Part shown: positions 40,930-53,335 of the stretch, piece after piece
Layout of the letters: the number at the start of each line of letters is the position of its first letter
Position numbering within the stretch: position 1 is the first letter of the stretch
Assembly: GCA_964016885.1 (NCBI GenBank)
Contig: OZ024743.1
Coordinates: forward strand, 260,214,001-260,278,000
Direction of reading: 5' to 3'
Length of the DNA stretch: 64,000 nt
Source: Eledone cirrhosa
Lineage: Eukaryota
Made by a program: the position numbers and the translations under genes
Notes under the pieces: generated by a model
What the model was told of the DNA's origin: nothing
The model's input: only the letters and a program-made list of their open reading frames with translations
The model's database searches: none

Positions 40930-42290
40930 ATTTCTTTATTAGTCACACATAAAAAAAATTAAAGACAGCATTCGAAGGTACAAGAGGATACAGTGTAGGT
41001 TTTTTGCGTGTAAACAAACTGTAGCGAAAACAATGAAATATGTAATATACTAACAAAACAAATTCCCCAATAGAGAGAAAACTTCCGTGGATCACTCGTG
41101 TTGAAAGCCCACAAAAAGCCCCACTTACACTGACCACTAGGCAAGTGCCTTTTCTCAGTTGTCCTCATCAAATCTAAAGGCGTATACTCAGACTATGCGC
41201 TCAGCTCTCAGCCATCTTTCACCAAACCGTCTGGAAGGTTGCAATTCCCTCTCCACCCTAATTGTTTTCTTCAAGTGAAACCTGAAAAAGATAATCAAGG
41301 CTTAGATGAAGAGGAAATTGCTTTCCTTCAACCCTTTCAAACGTGTCCACCACACGTTCTCTTTCACTATGTCCACCATACAGATAAAAAACCACCTTGC
41401 TTCCCCCGCAAAAGGAAGATGGTGAGGTGATTTTCACGATGGACTCAGCTGATAGCCGCATCCGTTCTACACGTAACAAGAAGTGTTCGACATAAACCCA
41501 TACGTCAGTAATACTCGGATACTCGACCAGTGCGTGCTGGACGGTTTCTTCATCCTACGCACATTTCGGACAGGCGTGGCTGACAGCACTTCCATGCTTG
41601 TAGAGTTTATCTGGAACTGATAAGGCTCCCCACTAGTACTGCCATTCCAGGGATTTCTGGAAGATATCCATAGGCGCTGGACCAAAAGTCTTTCGGTAAA
41701 GAGAGGCTCATTTATTTTCGCCGGCGCCCAGATTCTCTGCAAGAACATCTTTGCTTTTACTTCCCACTAACCCTCTACATCTGTTCACTGCCAAGGAAAA
41801 GTTGCAGATGTATCCTCAGTGCATGTTTGCACATCATTGGCTACGTCATACTCAGTCCTCCACACAGTGGGAGTTTGCAAAAAATGGACCACCTGACGCA
41901 GACCAGAACAAAACATAACGGTCAGGTGATTGTAGATTACGGACGCGATGTACGCGTTCGCCAACATTTCTCGATTTCTGGAATAGCTTTCTCTCGGCCC
42001 ATTTCTCAGTGAGAGTGGCCGCTTTGCTCGATGCCTCAGTTTTAGTCGATTTGGAGGTCTGGACCAAATCAGACTCCGAACAATTTGACAGGTCTGTCTG
42101 TCCAACACTCGATGATAATATTAAACGTCATACAACTGCCTCTCTCGATGCCGAGGTGCAGACCCACCCAGTTTTCCTGGTTAATTGTCGCTCTTGTTAC
42201 TGCTTCCTATATTCTGAGAGCTGTGCCTATCATCTCATTGTGTTTGGTGTCCTACACAAATACAGTGACATCGTAGGCATATACTAACAT
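40930..42290 (-). mobile_element. L1/Tx1-like LINE 3' portion with tail
   Basis: EMLANAYIASVIYNHLTV.., MDIFQKSLEWQY.., tail aataaagaaatcaccatcat. Confidence 0.7.
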
Positions 42291-42577
42291 TAAAGTAGAA
42301 ACAATTAATATCCTATATCATAGGTCCCACAGGATGCCCCTCAACGTCTCCAATTTGTGTAGTAGTGGCTCAAGGTTCAATGGATACAATAGGGATGAGA
42401 GGGAACAATCTTGGCGGACCGAGCGCATGATGTCGAAAGGTCACTCTGACCCATAATATGTGCTAATGATAAATATTTCCTCTACGGGTTCATATATACT
42501 TAAGTACATAGAATCCTTATCAAGCCCTCTCTGGATTTTGCTCTTTGTTTTTAATATTACTACTATATATTGGACTC

Positions 42578-42735
42578 TGTGCCATGCTTTCCAGCATAGT
42601 TACGTCCCTTTACGATCTGAGTTCAAATCCCGCCGAGGTTGACTTTACCTTTCATCCTTACGGGGTCGATAAAATAAAGTACCAGTAATGCACTGGGTAA
42701 TTGCTGGCCTTGTGCCTAAAGTAGAAACAATTATT
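42578..42735 (+). mobile_element. 5'-truncated SINE
   Basis: Family core and tail. Confidence 0.85.
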
Positions 42736-42737
42736 AC

Positions 42738-42787
<50 letters not shown>

Positions 42788-43020
42788 GAAAAGTATAGAA
42801 ATTATTGTACCAAGAAGCCAATATATATATATATATATGTCTGTAGCAAAGTGACCCTCACAAGACTAGTTCTGTTTCGTTTCTGAGTAATTCGTGCCAG
42901 ACAAATTATTCATGAATTCTTGAAATAGTCACTTTCTATAGATTAATATGTCCTCTCTAATCTATGTACTGTTTCCCTTAATTTAATAGCGGTCTCTCTC
43001 CGTTTATAACTGAATACTTT

Positions 43021-43100
<80 letters not shown>

Positions 43101-43859
43101 TATATATATATATATATATCTTTCAGGCTAAAGCTATCATCTCTCTAAGTATCTATTACCCCCTCTTTTTTCCTTCTTCTTCTTCTTCTTCTTCTTCTTC
43201 TTCTTCTTCTTCTTCTTCTTCTTCTTCTTCTTCTCATCACCACCATCATCTACCTTCAATGAGTTAGTTATATAGGTAGCTAGTGTATGAGATATGTGTG
43301 CATGTGTGTGTATGCGTATGTGTAAATATGTCTGTATATAAATCACCATATCTGTATATGTGTGTATATTTGTATCTGTGTTTATGCTTGTGTATAAGTA
43401 TGTATATATTTGTGTATGTCTGTATACGTCTATATATGTCTCTATTTGTGTATATGCCTGTGTGTGTGTGTGTGTGTGTGTTTATGTGTGCATATGTTTG
43501 TGTATGAGTATGTATATATGTGTATATATGTCTGTATACGTCTGTATATGTGTGTATTTGTGTATATATATATATGTGTGTGTATGTTATTTTATTTAGA
43601 ATCGTAGATAGTTTAGTTGTCTTCTTCATTTTGTCGCTAATTAAATTCCCTGATTCTGTGCATGCTACGGAATGCTAAAACTGCAATAATCCGGTCGATT
43701 GGAGGTCAAATCATGGCTTCGATCTGACGCCCAATCGTCTGTTCCATCCATTCTTTTACTATTTCACTTACTTGAGCAAGATATACTCATAATAACACCA
43801 CTCCATCACCTCGCCACTATAGAAACACAACCACCACCATCATCACCCCAACACTAACA

Positions 43860-44015
43860 CCACCATCACGCCAGCACCACCGTCACCCCAACACCACCAT
43901 CACCCCAACACCACCGTCACCCCAACACCACCGTCACCCCAATACCACCGTCACCCCAACTCCACCATCACCGCAACACCACCGTCACCCCAACTCTACC
44001 ATCACTCCAACACCA
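43860..44015. repeat. 18-bp minisatellite caccaccgtcaccccaa
   Basis: Seen directly, about 8 units. Confidence 0.9.
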
Positions 44016-44719
44016 CTGCAGCATCCAGCCACACATACACACTCATTCTCACACACACAAGCAATACTTGAAGCACACACTCTGGTACACATTAACACAC
44101 ACATACACATATGCATTAAGACACATCCATATGCACAAATAGGCACACACACATATAGACATACACATACACACTCATACACACGCACATATTAACCCAT
44201 TCGCACACATTAAGACACTCATACATACAAACACACCCATAAGCACATACAGGCACACAAATACACAAGTACACATTAACACACACATACACACATAGAA
44301 ACCCACGCATACGCACATATAGACACACGCATACAGACATACACATACACTCATACTGACACATACACATACGCACTTACAGACATACACATACACACAT
44401 ACACTCATACTGACTAGTAGATTCAAATATTTATTCTGACACCTTGGTGTCAGTAAAGCCAGTTATTGTTTTGGTGTGGTGTATGGCTGAGAGGGTGAGG
44501 ATTGTAAGGTGTGTGGGGCAGGTCGAAGGGTTAGGATGGAACGAGGGGTAAGTTAGGCATTTAAAGACGGCATAAGTATGGTGGGGGAGGCTATCTGAAT
44601 AGAGATTACTGGTGATGTAAGGGTCCGTTATGGTGAGATGATACTGTTGGAGATCTCGGGGTGGTGGGCAGTGGTAGTGGTGGTGGTGGTGGTGGTGGCA
44701 GTGGTAGTGGTGGTGGTGG

Positions 44720-45200
44720 TTGTATGAAGGTGGTGTTGGTAGTAGTATGAGAGTGGTGTTGGTAGTAGTATGAAGGTGGTATTGATAGTGGAAGGAAAGT
44801 GGTATTGGTAGTGGTATTAAGGTGGTATTGATAGTGGATGGAAGGTGGTGTTAGTAGTGGTATGAAGGTGGAGTTGCTAGTGGAAGGAAGGTGGTATTGG
44901 TAGTAGTATAGAGGTGGTGTTGGTTAGTGGAAGGAAGGTGGTATTGGTAGTGGTATGAAGGTGGTGTTGGTAGTGGAAGGAAGGTGGTATTGGTAGTAGT
45001 ATAGAGGTGGTGTTGGTAGTGGAAGGAAGGTGGTGTTGGTAGTAGTATAGAGGTGGTGTTGGAAGTAGTATGAAGGTGGTGTTGGTAGTAGTATAGAGGT
45101 GGTGTTGGTAGTGGAAGGAAGGTGGTATTGGTAGTAGTATAGAGGTGGTGTTGGTAGTAGTTGTATGGAGAGGGTGTTGGTAATAGTATGGAGGTTGTGT
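44720..45200. repeat. 21/24-bp minisatellite ggtggtgttggtagt(agtataga|ggaagga)a
   Basis: Seen directly. Confidence 0.9.
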
Positions 45201-45535
45201 TGGTTGTAGTATGAAGTGAATGTTGTGATAGCGATGCTGTAGTGCAGGTAGTAGTGTGAAGCTTTTGTTGGTAGCAGTATGAAGGTGGTGATGGTGATGT
45301 AGTGCATGTATTGGTGTGAAGGTGGTGTGTGTTGCAGTATGAAGATGGTGGTGGTGATGTTGTAAAACAGGCAGTGGTATCAAGGTGGTGCTACTGTAGT
45401 AGATCTGAGCTAAGATATTCTGCAAATAAAACCATCATTGGTCTTCTGAGAGTTACGGGATCATATGTGTAATGTCAGTGTTTGTGTGTATGTATGTATG
45501 TATGTATGTATGTATGTATGTATGTATGTATGTAT

Positions 45536-46146
45536 GTCAGGTCACCAGTTGGTGCTACTGGTAACATGTATCCCAGTACAACCTGTCTCATGGTCGGGTC
45601 GTTGGCGACTAAACTGGCAACCCCACCAAGGTTTCTTGGTGAGGAGGGTGACTTTGGACATCCTGCAGGACTAAAAACAAAACCTGTCAAAGGGCAAAGG
45701 AGCTCTTAAGAGTCAATGGCCATCCAAAATCACCGGGAGAGATGACCCCTTAGCCTTTGTCAAGGCAGAATTCTAGGAGAAGGAAAACTCTGATATAACA
45801 CCTGCAACCCTGATGGTATCCAATGATGTTGACTTGTTCTTCTTTTTGGTAAATATCATCTTGGTTAAGAGAGTGGGACTGGCTTTGTGCAGTGCCTTTG
45901 CTCACTATAAAAGCTTCACGGCACAGGCATTGCTTTATATCTGGAGATCTCTCTGCACTTGTCGTCACATGGTACCATGGGCCCAGCACTATGTGTCAAT
46001 AATTGTCACAAGTGTAGTGTTTGTACCAGAGTTTTCAAGTCGCTGGCTGGACTAAAAAGTCACACTCGTTCAGCGCTTCGGTAGGGGTTCTCCTACATGG
46101 ATATAAAGTAGTGGCCGTACTCGAAAACGAGTTGGCAGCCACCATG
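45536..46146 (+). mobile_element. Apparently complete ~610-bp RTE-like non-autonomous element in (TATG)n
   Basis: (TATG)n on both sides. Contains ctaggagaaggaaaactctga..acctgc and ends tactcgaaaacgagttggcagccaccat. Confidence 0.75.
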
Positions 46147-46224
46147 TATGTATGTTAGTATGTATGTATGTATGTATGTATGTATGTATGTATGTATGTA
46201 TGTATATATGTGTGTATGTAAATA

Positions 46225-47720
46225 TGTTCTTCTGGTTTTATAATTTCACAATTTTTTTCCCAATAAAGAGAGAGTCGGTTTCTAACATAGGCACAAGACC
46301 CTCTCATTGGAATTTACACAACATCAACTAGGTAGATTATGTATGCATGCATGTGTGGATATGGATGTTATTGTATGTGTGGATGTGTATGTTTTGAGTT
46401 GTATGTGTGCATGTGTATATGCTTTGCATCTGTACATGCAGTTATTAGATGCAAAATATTTTGAATGTTTTACATATTTTTACTGTTCCATTAATGGATT
46501 GTACTTGTAATTTCCAAACTAGTTGTGTTCTTTCTGTTCCTGTGAAGCCTATCTTCTCAAGATTTGTATTGAGGCAGTTACTAACATACCCCAGTGCCCC
46601 AATAATCACAGGCATAAATCTGAAGGTGTAATCAGGATGGAGTATCTGCAGATTTCTCATCAGTTCTGCATAAATATTCTCCTTTTCGCTAATCTTTGAT
46701 ATTATATTGGCATCTGCTGGGCAGCTAATTTCCACTATTGCGCATGCTTTCTTCTCCCTGTCCCATATCATAATATCTGGTTTGTTATGCCTGCATTTTA
46801 TTGGGGTTTTTACTGGAACATTCTACCAGTACTCTTTCATATTATGTACATGGATGTCTTCCACATTGCTGTAACTTTTAATATGTTTATTGTCGGGGTT
46901 ATCTTTTCTACGGATTGCATTGTATAGTGTTTGGGCCACTACATCATGCCTCATAGGTAGATAGTACCGTGATGACATCTTTGGTCTGCTGCTAATGATA
47001 TGGGTGGCATCTTCAATGTTAATTCTGCTGAGTCTACATTTGCTGGCACATCTAGATGTTTTGCCTACATACCTATCTCTTTTGTGAATCAGGTATTGTG
47101 TATTGATTTCCTGTTCTTGGATTACAAAAGCATATCATTCAAAGTGAGAGCCGATATAGCGGTTGTTTGTCCCAAATTGACTACTTTGGTTATCTATATT
47201 ATTCTCACTCCGGAGCCTCCTGGCAACATATCCATGCATGATTTTGTGCCGATAAACATGCAGTTTTTCATCCATGGATTCACTGAGGTATTGCTGGACA
47301 ATACCGCAGGGAGTATTTTTCAAGGAGTTCTTTCCAAACTCCCATGATCTTATTTGTGTCATGTAGACAGACTTGCTCAATAGATGGGCTCCTAGGCTTG
47401 GAGGCTTGTAGATGTCGGAAGGATATGATGTGACACTCTAATGCTGTCTGGACTATGTTAGGCTTCTACCTCCCTGCTTACATTTCAAGTAGAGGTGGTG
47501 TATGTCATTGATGTGGAAGTTTCCGGTGTTGTTTAGGATTTTTCGACTTTTAATATCAATAGCTCGGATTTCGTCTATCGTTCAATCGAGTATTCAAAAA
47601 GTTGGTACAGCAAACACATTGTGAGCCACTGTTTTATTGTGCGCAGAGATTTCAGATGACTAATTTTCTTAATCGGGCGTAATATTCCCTGATTACACGC
47701 TCCTAGTTACAAATACCATC
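46225..47720 (-). mobile_element. 5'-truncated R4/Dong-type LINE, second family
   Basis: KIMHGY, SHFE, RYYLPMRHDVV, KHNKPDIMIWDREKKACAIVEISCP..VIIGALG..VKICKTF. The 3' end abuts (TACA)n on its sense strand. Confidence 0.85.
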
Positions 47721-48059
47721 TTAGGATACATTCGCATCTGTAGCAGGTTTCTGTAGCAGTCCTCATCAGATATCGGTGAAACAGTTTAATTTCACGAGGC
47801 GACCATTTCCGTTGATTGAATCAACTGGAGCACCCTTCGGCGGAAACGACGGAGGGCCTTCATGTGTGCATGATTGTGTGTGTGTGTTAGAAAAATTAAA
47901 TTGTTTATGTGTGTCTATGTTCAGATGTGTTTTTGTTGTATGATCTGTCAGCTGGATTGCATTTGGTGCATCAGGTTCCAGCAAGCATTTAATGACAGCT
48001 AACTGATCTAATCAAACTCACTTTTGAAAAGGAAATAAAAGTTACAGATAATAAAACAT

Positions 48060-48101
<42 letters not shown>

Positions 48102-48243
48102 CACAGACACACACATGGATTTACATGCGCACGTATCTATGTATGTATACATGTATTATTGGTGAACGTACTCAATACCGAAGTAGAGTTTAAATATTAA
48201 TTTATTATGGCTAAGTTGTAAGCCTTGTTACTCTGGACTTTCA

Positions 48244-48718
48244 CCTCATTTTTAAAGCCATGTCAGTAGAATGAACCCTTCATTCTTGCTCTTGTATTGA
48301 CATGTAAACAGAACTGCAGACACTAATGTTTCTGGGTATCACCCTTCATCAGTACAGCTCACTGTTCACCTGCCAACTGTCAGAGCTAGTGAAAATATAT
48401 GCTATTTTCTAAAATATACAGTGACTGATTGGCCTGATCTGCTAATATGAAAATCAGACCGATCAGTCATTGTATATTTTAGGAAATAGCATATATTTTC
48501 ACTAGCTCTGACAGTTGGCAGGTGAACAGTGAGCTGTACTGATGAAGGGTGATACCCAGAAACATTAGTGTCTGCAGTTCTGTTCACAGGCCAACACAAG
48601 AGCAAGAATGGAGGGTTCATTCTACTGACATGGCTTTAAAAATGAGGCTTGTTTGCATAATTGTAAACGAATCAGATGTTATTATTAATATTCGAAAAAC
48701 TCAGATTACATTTATTAT
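48244..48718. mobile_element. Foldback hammerhead element, family A, young copy
   Basis: About 200-bp arms with centre near 48445. Intact HHRs at 48311-48360 (-) and 48531-48580 (+): gagctgta-CTGATGA-agggt-gat-accca-GAAA-cattagtg-TC-tgcagttc. Confidence 0.9.
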
Positions 48719-48939
48719 ATATATACATCAGGTTTGTCATATTTTATCCTGAGTTCAGTTTTTTTCGTCGCTTTGGTCACTGCGGCCCGTCTATCGGTCG
48801 CTGTCTTCAATTTGCAAAGCTGTCTAAACGTAATGTTATAACTCTAAGGTAATATACCTTATTGAGTGCTTAGCTGCACACCTCGACTGCATTCGTTAGC
48901 TTGGCTGCAACCAGAGCTTCGATGATGCTGTACTAAATT

Positions 48940-49260
48940 CCCGAGATCCATGGACGAGTTCTCTCCAGCGGTCTCTGTCCCTCATTATCGCTGCCATGTC
49001 CTGCGTCTCCATCAGACCAGTGTCTGTCTTTAGGGCATCAACATACGTTAACCTTGGTCTTCCTCTTCCAGTGTGTCCATGCAGGGGCTCCCACAGGAGC
49101 ACTGAGTGCAGTGTCAACTCTGGATGTCGGTGAGCATGTCCAGCTAACCTCAGTCTCCTCTGTGTCACTTTTGGACTAACTTTTGGGAGGCTCCCGTACA
49201 GCTCTGAGTTCTTCATCCTCAGTGTATACCGATTAATGTTCAGAGCCATCCTCACCATTC
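48940..49260 (-). pseudogene. RTE-clade LINE ORF C-terminal fragment
   Basis: RMALNI..NSELYG.LPKVS..RRLRLAGHAHRHPE..VLLWEP.HG..GRGRPRLTYVDALK..MRDRDRWRELV. Confidence 0.85.
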
Positions 49261-49361
49261 TAAACCCCACTATCAGGCACTATTGTTTAGTAAAAAAAAA
49301 TACGGCGAAAGCTTCTATTTCTAATTTCAAACTCGCACGCTGTTTCGAAACATACTAACTC

Positions 49362-49482
<121 letters not shown>

Positions 49483-50368
49483 TCGATGGGGATCTGGAAA
49501 TAACCACAGTTAAATAATACGTTAGTAGAGTATAAACATATCTATTATTACTCTGTTACTCAATTACGTGTTTCAGCCGACAGGCTGAGGCCATGCTGGG
49601 GCACCGCCATTGTATGCCTTCTACAAAAACTGCTTCAGTCGCAGGAAATGATCAGAAATGTCAGATAAAACTGGTCAGATTCGTTATTTATAGATTTGTT
49701 TAGGATGTTGAGATGGGTACTATGTAGAAAAAGGGTGAGTAATAGAAGGGGTGTAGAAGGAGAAGAAGGGGGAGAAGAGGGCAACAGAGTGAAGGTGAAA
49801 AAGAAGACAAGATTAAAAAGTGAATAAAGGAAGAAAGGAAAAAATAAGAAAAGAGGGAGAAAGGAAAAATGTATAATATGGAAATAATTTCTTTATTGGC
49901 CACAAAGGTCATTATTATTTCTATATAATAGTATAGAAATAATGAGAAGAAGAAGAAGAAGAAGAAGAAGAAGAAGAAGAAGAAGAAGAAGAAGAAGAAG
50001 AAGAAGAAGAAGAAGAAGAAGGAGAAGGGGAGGAGGAGGAGGAGGAGGAGGAGAAGAAGAAGAAGAAGAAGAAGAAGAAGAAGAAGAAGAAGAAGAAGAA
50101 AAGAAGAAGAAGAAGAAGAAGAAGAAGAAGAAAAGAAGAAGAAGAAGGAGGAGGAGGAGGATGAGGGGGAGGGGGGAGGAGGAGAAGAAGAAGAAGAAGA
50201 AGAAAAGAAGAAGAAGAAGGAGGAGGAGGAGGAGGATGAGGGGGGAGGGGGAGGAGGAGGAGAAGAAGAAGAAGAAGAAGAAGAAGAAGGAGGAGGAGGA
50301 GGAGGAGGAGGAGAAGAAGAAGGAGGAGGAGGAGAAGAAGAAGAAGAAGAAGGAGGAGGAGGAGAAGG

Positions 50369-50401
<33 letters not shown>

Positions 50402-50569
50402 AGAAGAAGAAGAAGAAGAAGGGCGTGTCAATATTGTTTTTGTTTTGGTCAGTATTCTGAGAAACGTATCGGATGCATTAAGGGGCACAGTTACCACCAC
50501 ACCACGCCATGCATTAAGGGGCACAGTTACCACCACACCACGAGCACCACATCATGAACACCACACTAA

Positions 50570-51105
50570 GATCACTACACTAAGACTTCAACACCAAGAC
50601 GACTAGACTAAGCCTATTACACATACACCTCTACATTTGGATTACTACATAAATCACCATTTGAAACCATCACATTAAGACCGGGACATGACCACGACAC
50701 TGTCACTATCACAATAAGACCACTACAGTAAGACTACTGCACCAAGACCTCTAAAATAAGACCACTGCACTAAGACTGCCATACTAAGATACTTACATTA
50801 AGACCAGTACACCTAGACCTTTACACTAAGACTGGCATATTTCGACTACTACACTAAGAACAACACATTGAGACGACTACAATAAGACTATTACATATGC
50901 ACCTCTACATAACCCACTATATATAGACCCTCTACACATAGATCACTACATATAGACCACCACATGAAGACCACTACAAATATACCACCACACCGAGACC
51001 ATAGCACATAGACCCCCTACAGTAATACTACTTGACTAAGACCACTACACCAAAACCAGAACACTAAGACTACCATATAAATCCCTACACTAAGACCTCT
51101 ATACT
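50570..51105. repeat. Degenerate ~15-bp minisatellite (agaccactacacta)
   Basis: Seen directly. Confidence 0.85.
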
Positions 51106-51607
51106 TCCTTTAGTACCTTCACTTTTTGAAGTGTGTCGGTTTTACACACTCGAGAGGACAAAGTGATGTATATAACATGCGTGCGTATACATATTTATAT
51201 ACATACATACTTATATACATACGAATACTTATATATCTACCCGGTGAGTTTAGAAGCGAAGAGGAATGGTTGCCTCGCTAACAGTGTCAGCTATCGAGAG
51301 GAACGATGAGTCGATAGTGAAAAAAAGTTTACAATAAGAGTAGAAATTTTAGTTTTAAGATGACTTGGATACTCATCGCAACTAGCTCTATACACTTGTT
51401 GATGGGATACAACGTGAATGATATTCCAGAACATTTAATTTTGTAAAAATATTTTGCAAATCTTCGTTTGCTTGTTTTAACCGTATTCCTTTATATATAT
51501 TCGTGTGTGTATGTATGTATATATATATATATATAGTTAGTTAGAAACTCAGAGTAGTCTCTTACAATTAAATAGCTCTAAGAAAAAAACTTTTCCGAGC
51601 CGTACAA

Positions 51608-52183
51608 TATAATTGAATAAACAAGAGAGATGAACACTAATATAAACATACATGTGTTCAAATCGTAAGGACCAAGTTTGCTAGGGTGTAAAAATACTAA
51701 CTACAACAATATGGTTTGTCAGACTTAATTTTAAATATTAAATTAAGAAAAATAACAGACCTATATTGGGCAATCGCCTGGTAACAACTAGACAGTTTTG
51801 AAGACTGTTTCGCAACATCTTATTAAGTGAAGTTCACGCTTTTCTCTGCTCCTCAGTAGTTGTTGAGAAATTAGTGATCCTTCCACTTCTGAAAATATTA
51901 TAGACTAAATTGCGTTCGATAAGAATTACCACACGTGTCTTCGGAACCCAGCATGTCTCGAAATTCCTTACACTTAATAAGATGTTGCGAAACAGTCTCC
52001 AAAACTGTCTAGTTGTTACTAGCCGATTGCCCAATATAAGTCTATTATTTTTCTTAATTTAATATTTAAAATTAAGTCTGACAAACAATATTGCTGTAGT
52101 TAGTATTTTTTCACCCTAGAAAACTTGGCCCTTACGATTCGAACACGTGTATGTTTATATTAGTGTTCATCTCTTGTTTATTC

Positions 52184-52190
<7 letters not shown>
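51608..52190. mobile_element. Foldback element with canonical hammerhead
   Basis: Arms 51608-51829 and 51971-52190. HHR (-) at 51783-51864: aacaacta-CTGAGGA-gca..tgc-GAAA-cagt(cttcaaa)actg-TC-tagttgtt. Confidence 0.88.
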
Positions 52191-52282
<92 letters not shown>

Positions 52283-52359
52283 TATGTATGCGTACATACA
52301 TATATGTTTACAGACGTACAGTAGTATGTATATACATACATGTACACATATATATATGT

Positions 52360-52495
<136 letters not shown>

Positions 52496-53335
52496 AAATA
52501 TAATGCGAGTTGAAGTATGTGCTTAACTTTCGATATCTTATTTATGAAATAATCGTCCACTTTGGTTATTTTCATGTTGTATTTTATGGCAAGCACGATA
52601 AACAAGCGGCCCTTTACAAGCACACCTGAGGCCAGCACAAAGGTTTTTACAGCGCGAGCATGTTTTATCTTCGTAATATAAAATTTAAAAAATAGTTGTA
52701 ATGTGCGCAATTAGTTGTCATGTGTTGCCCTCAGACAACACATATGTAACCCATGGGGCCCTCGGGGGATCCTCGGTTTGACATGCCTGTTTTATGGGAT
52801 ATCGCTTTTTCTGATACAATCTTCCTGGTGCACGGTATCACGCTGATAGATTAAATATTTTTAAGGCCGATTTTGTACCGGTTAGTTTGGGAAATTTATA
52901 GTTGAAAGACGTAAACAGAAGGTGGAGCAAGGGCTATTACGTAATGGCGTTGTGGTCGCCGCATATGATAACAGTTTTACTATACAGAAACTACGTAAAA
53001 TGACAGCTGCAGTTTGATAACGTCTGCCTTCCCCATTTGGTGGCTAGTGCAGTCTGTGGTTGGTTTATGGAATATAGGGATGCGAGTCGGTGGTTGGTTT
53101 AGTGAGATTTATGAGTGCAGGTCAGTGGTGGGTTTGTGGTGTTTTCTAAGTGTTTTTTTTACTAGTTAAGGCAATCAATGGTCTTATTTACATGAATGCA
53201 TTTATGCATGCCAGCATACATACATACATGCATACATACATGCAAACATACATACATACATACATACATACATACATACATACATACATACATACATACA
53301 TACATACATACATACATACATACATACATACATAA

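Noticed and set aside
44877-45425. His/Thr/Pro-rich repetitive ORFs
   Set aside because: Minisatellite open in more than one frame; no gene context.
47740-47780. CTGATGA..GAAA on minus strand (similar partial motifs near 8285, 35313, 42865, 61243 and 63560)
   Set aside because: Stems or core are incomplete. These may be decayed hammerheads but are not supportable individually.
49700-50536. 278-aa and 172-aa low-complexity ORFs
   Set aside because: (GAA)n/(GGA)n simple repeat.
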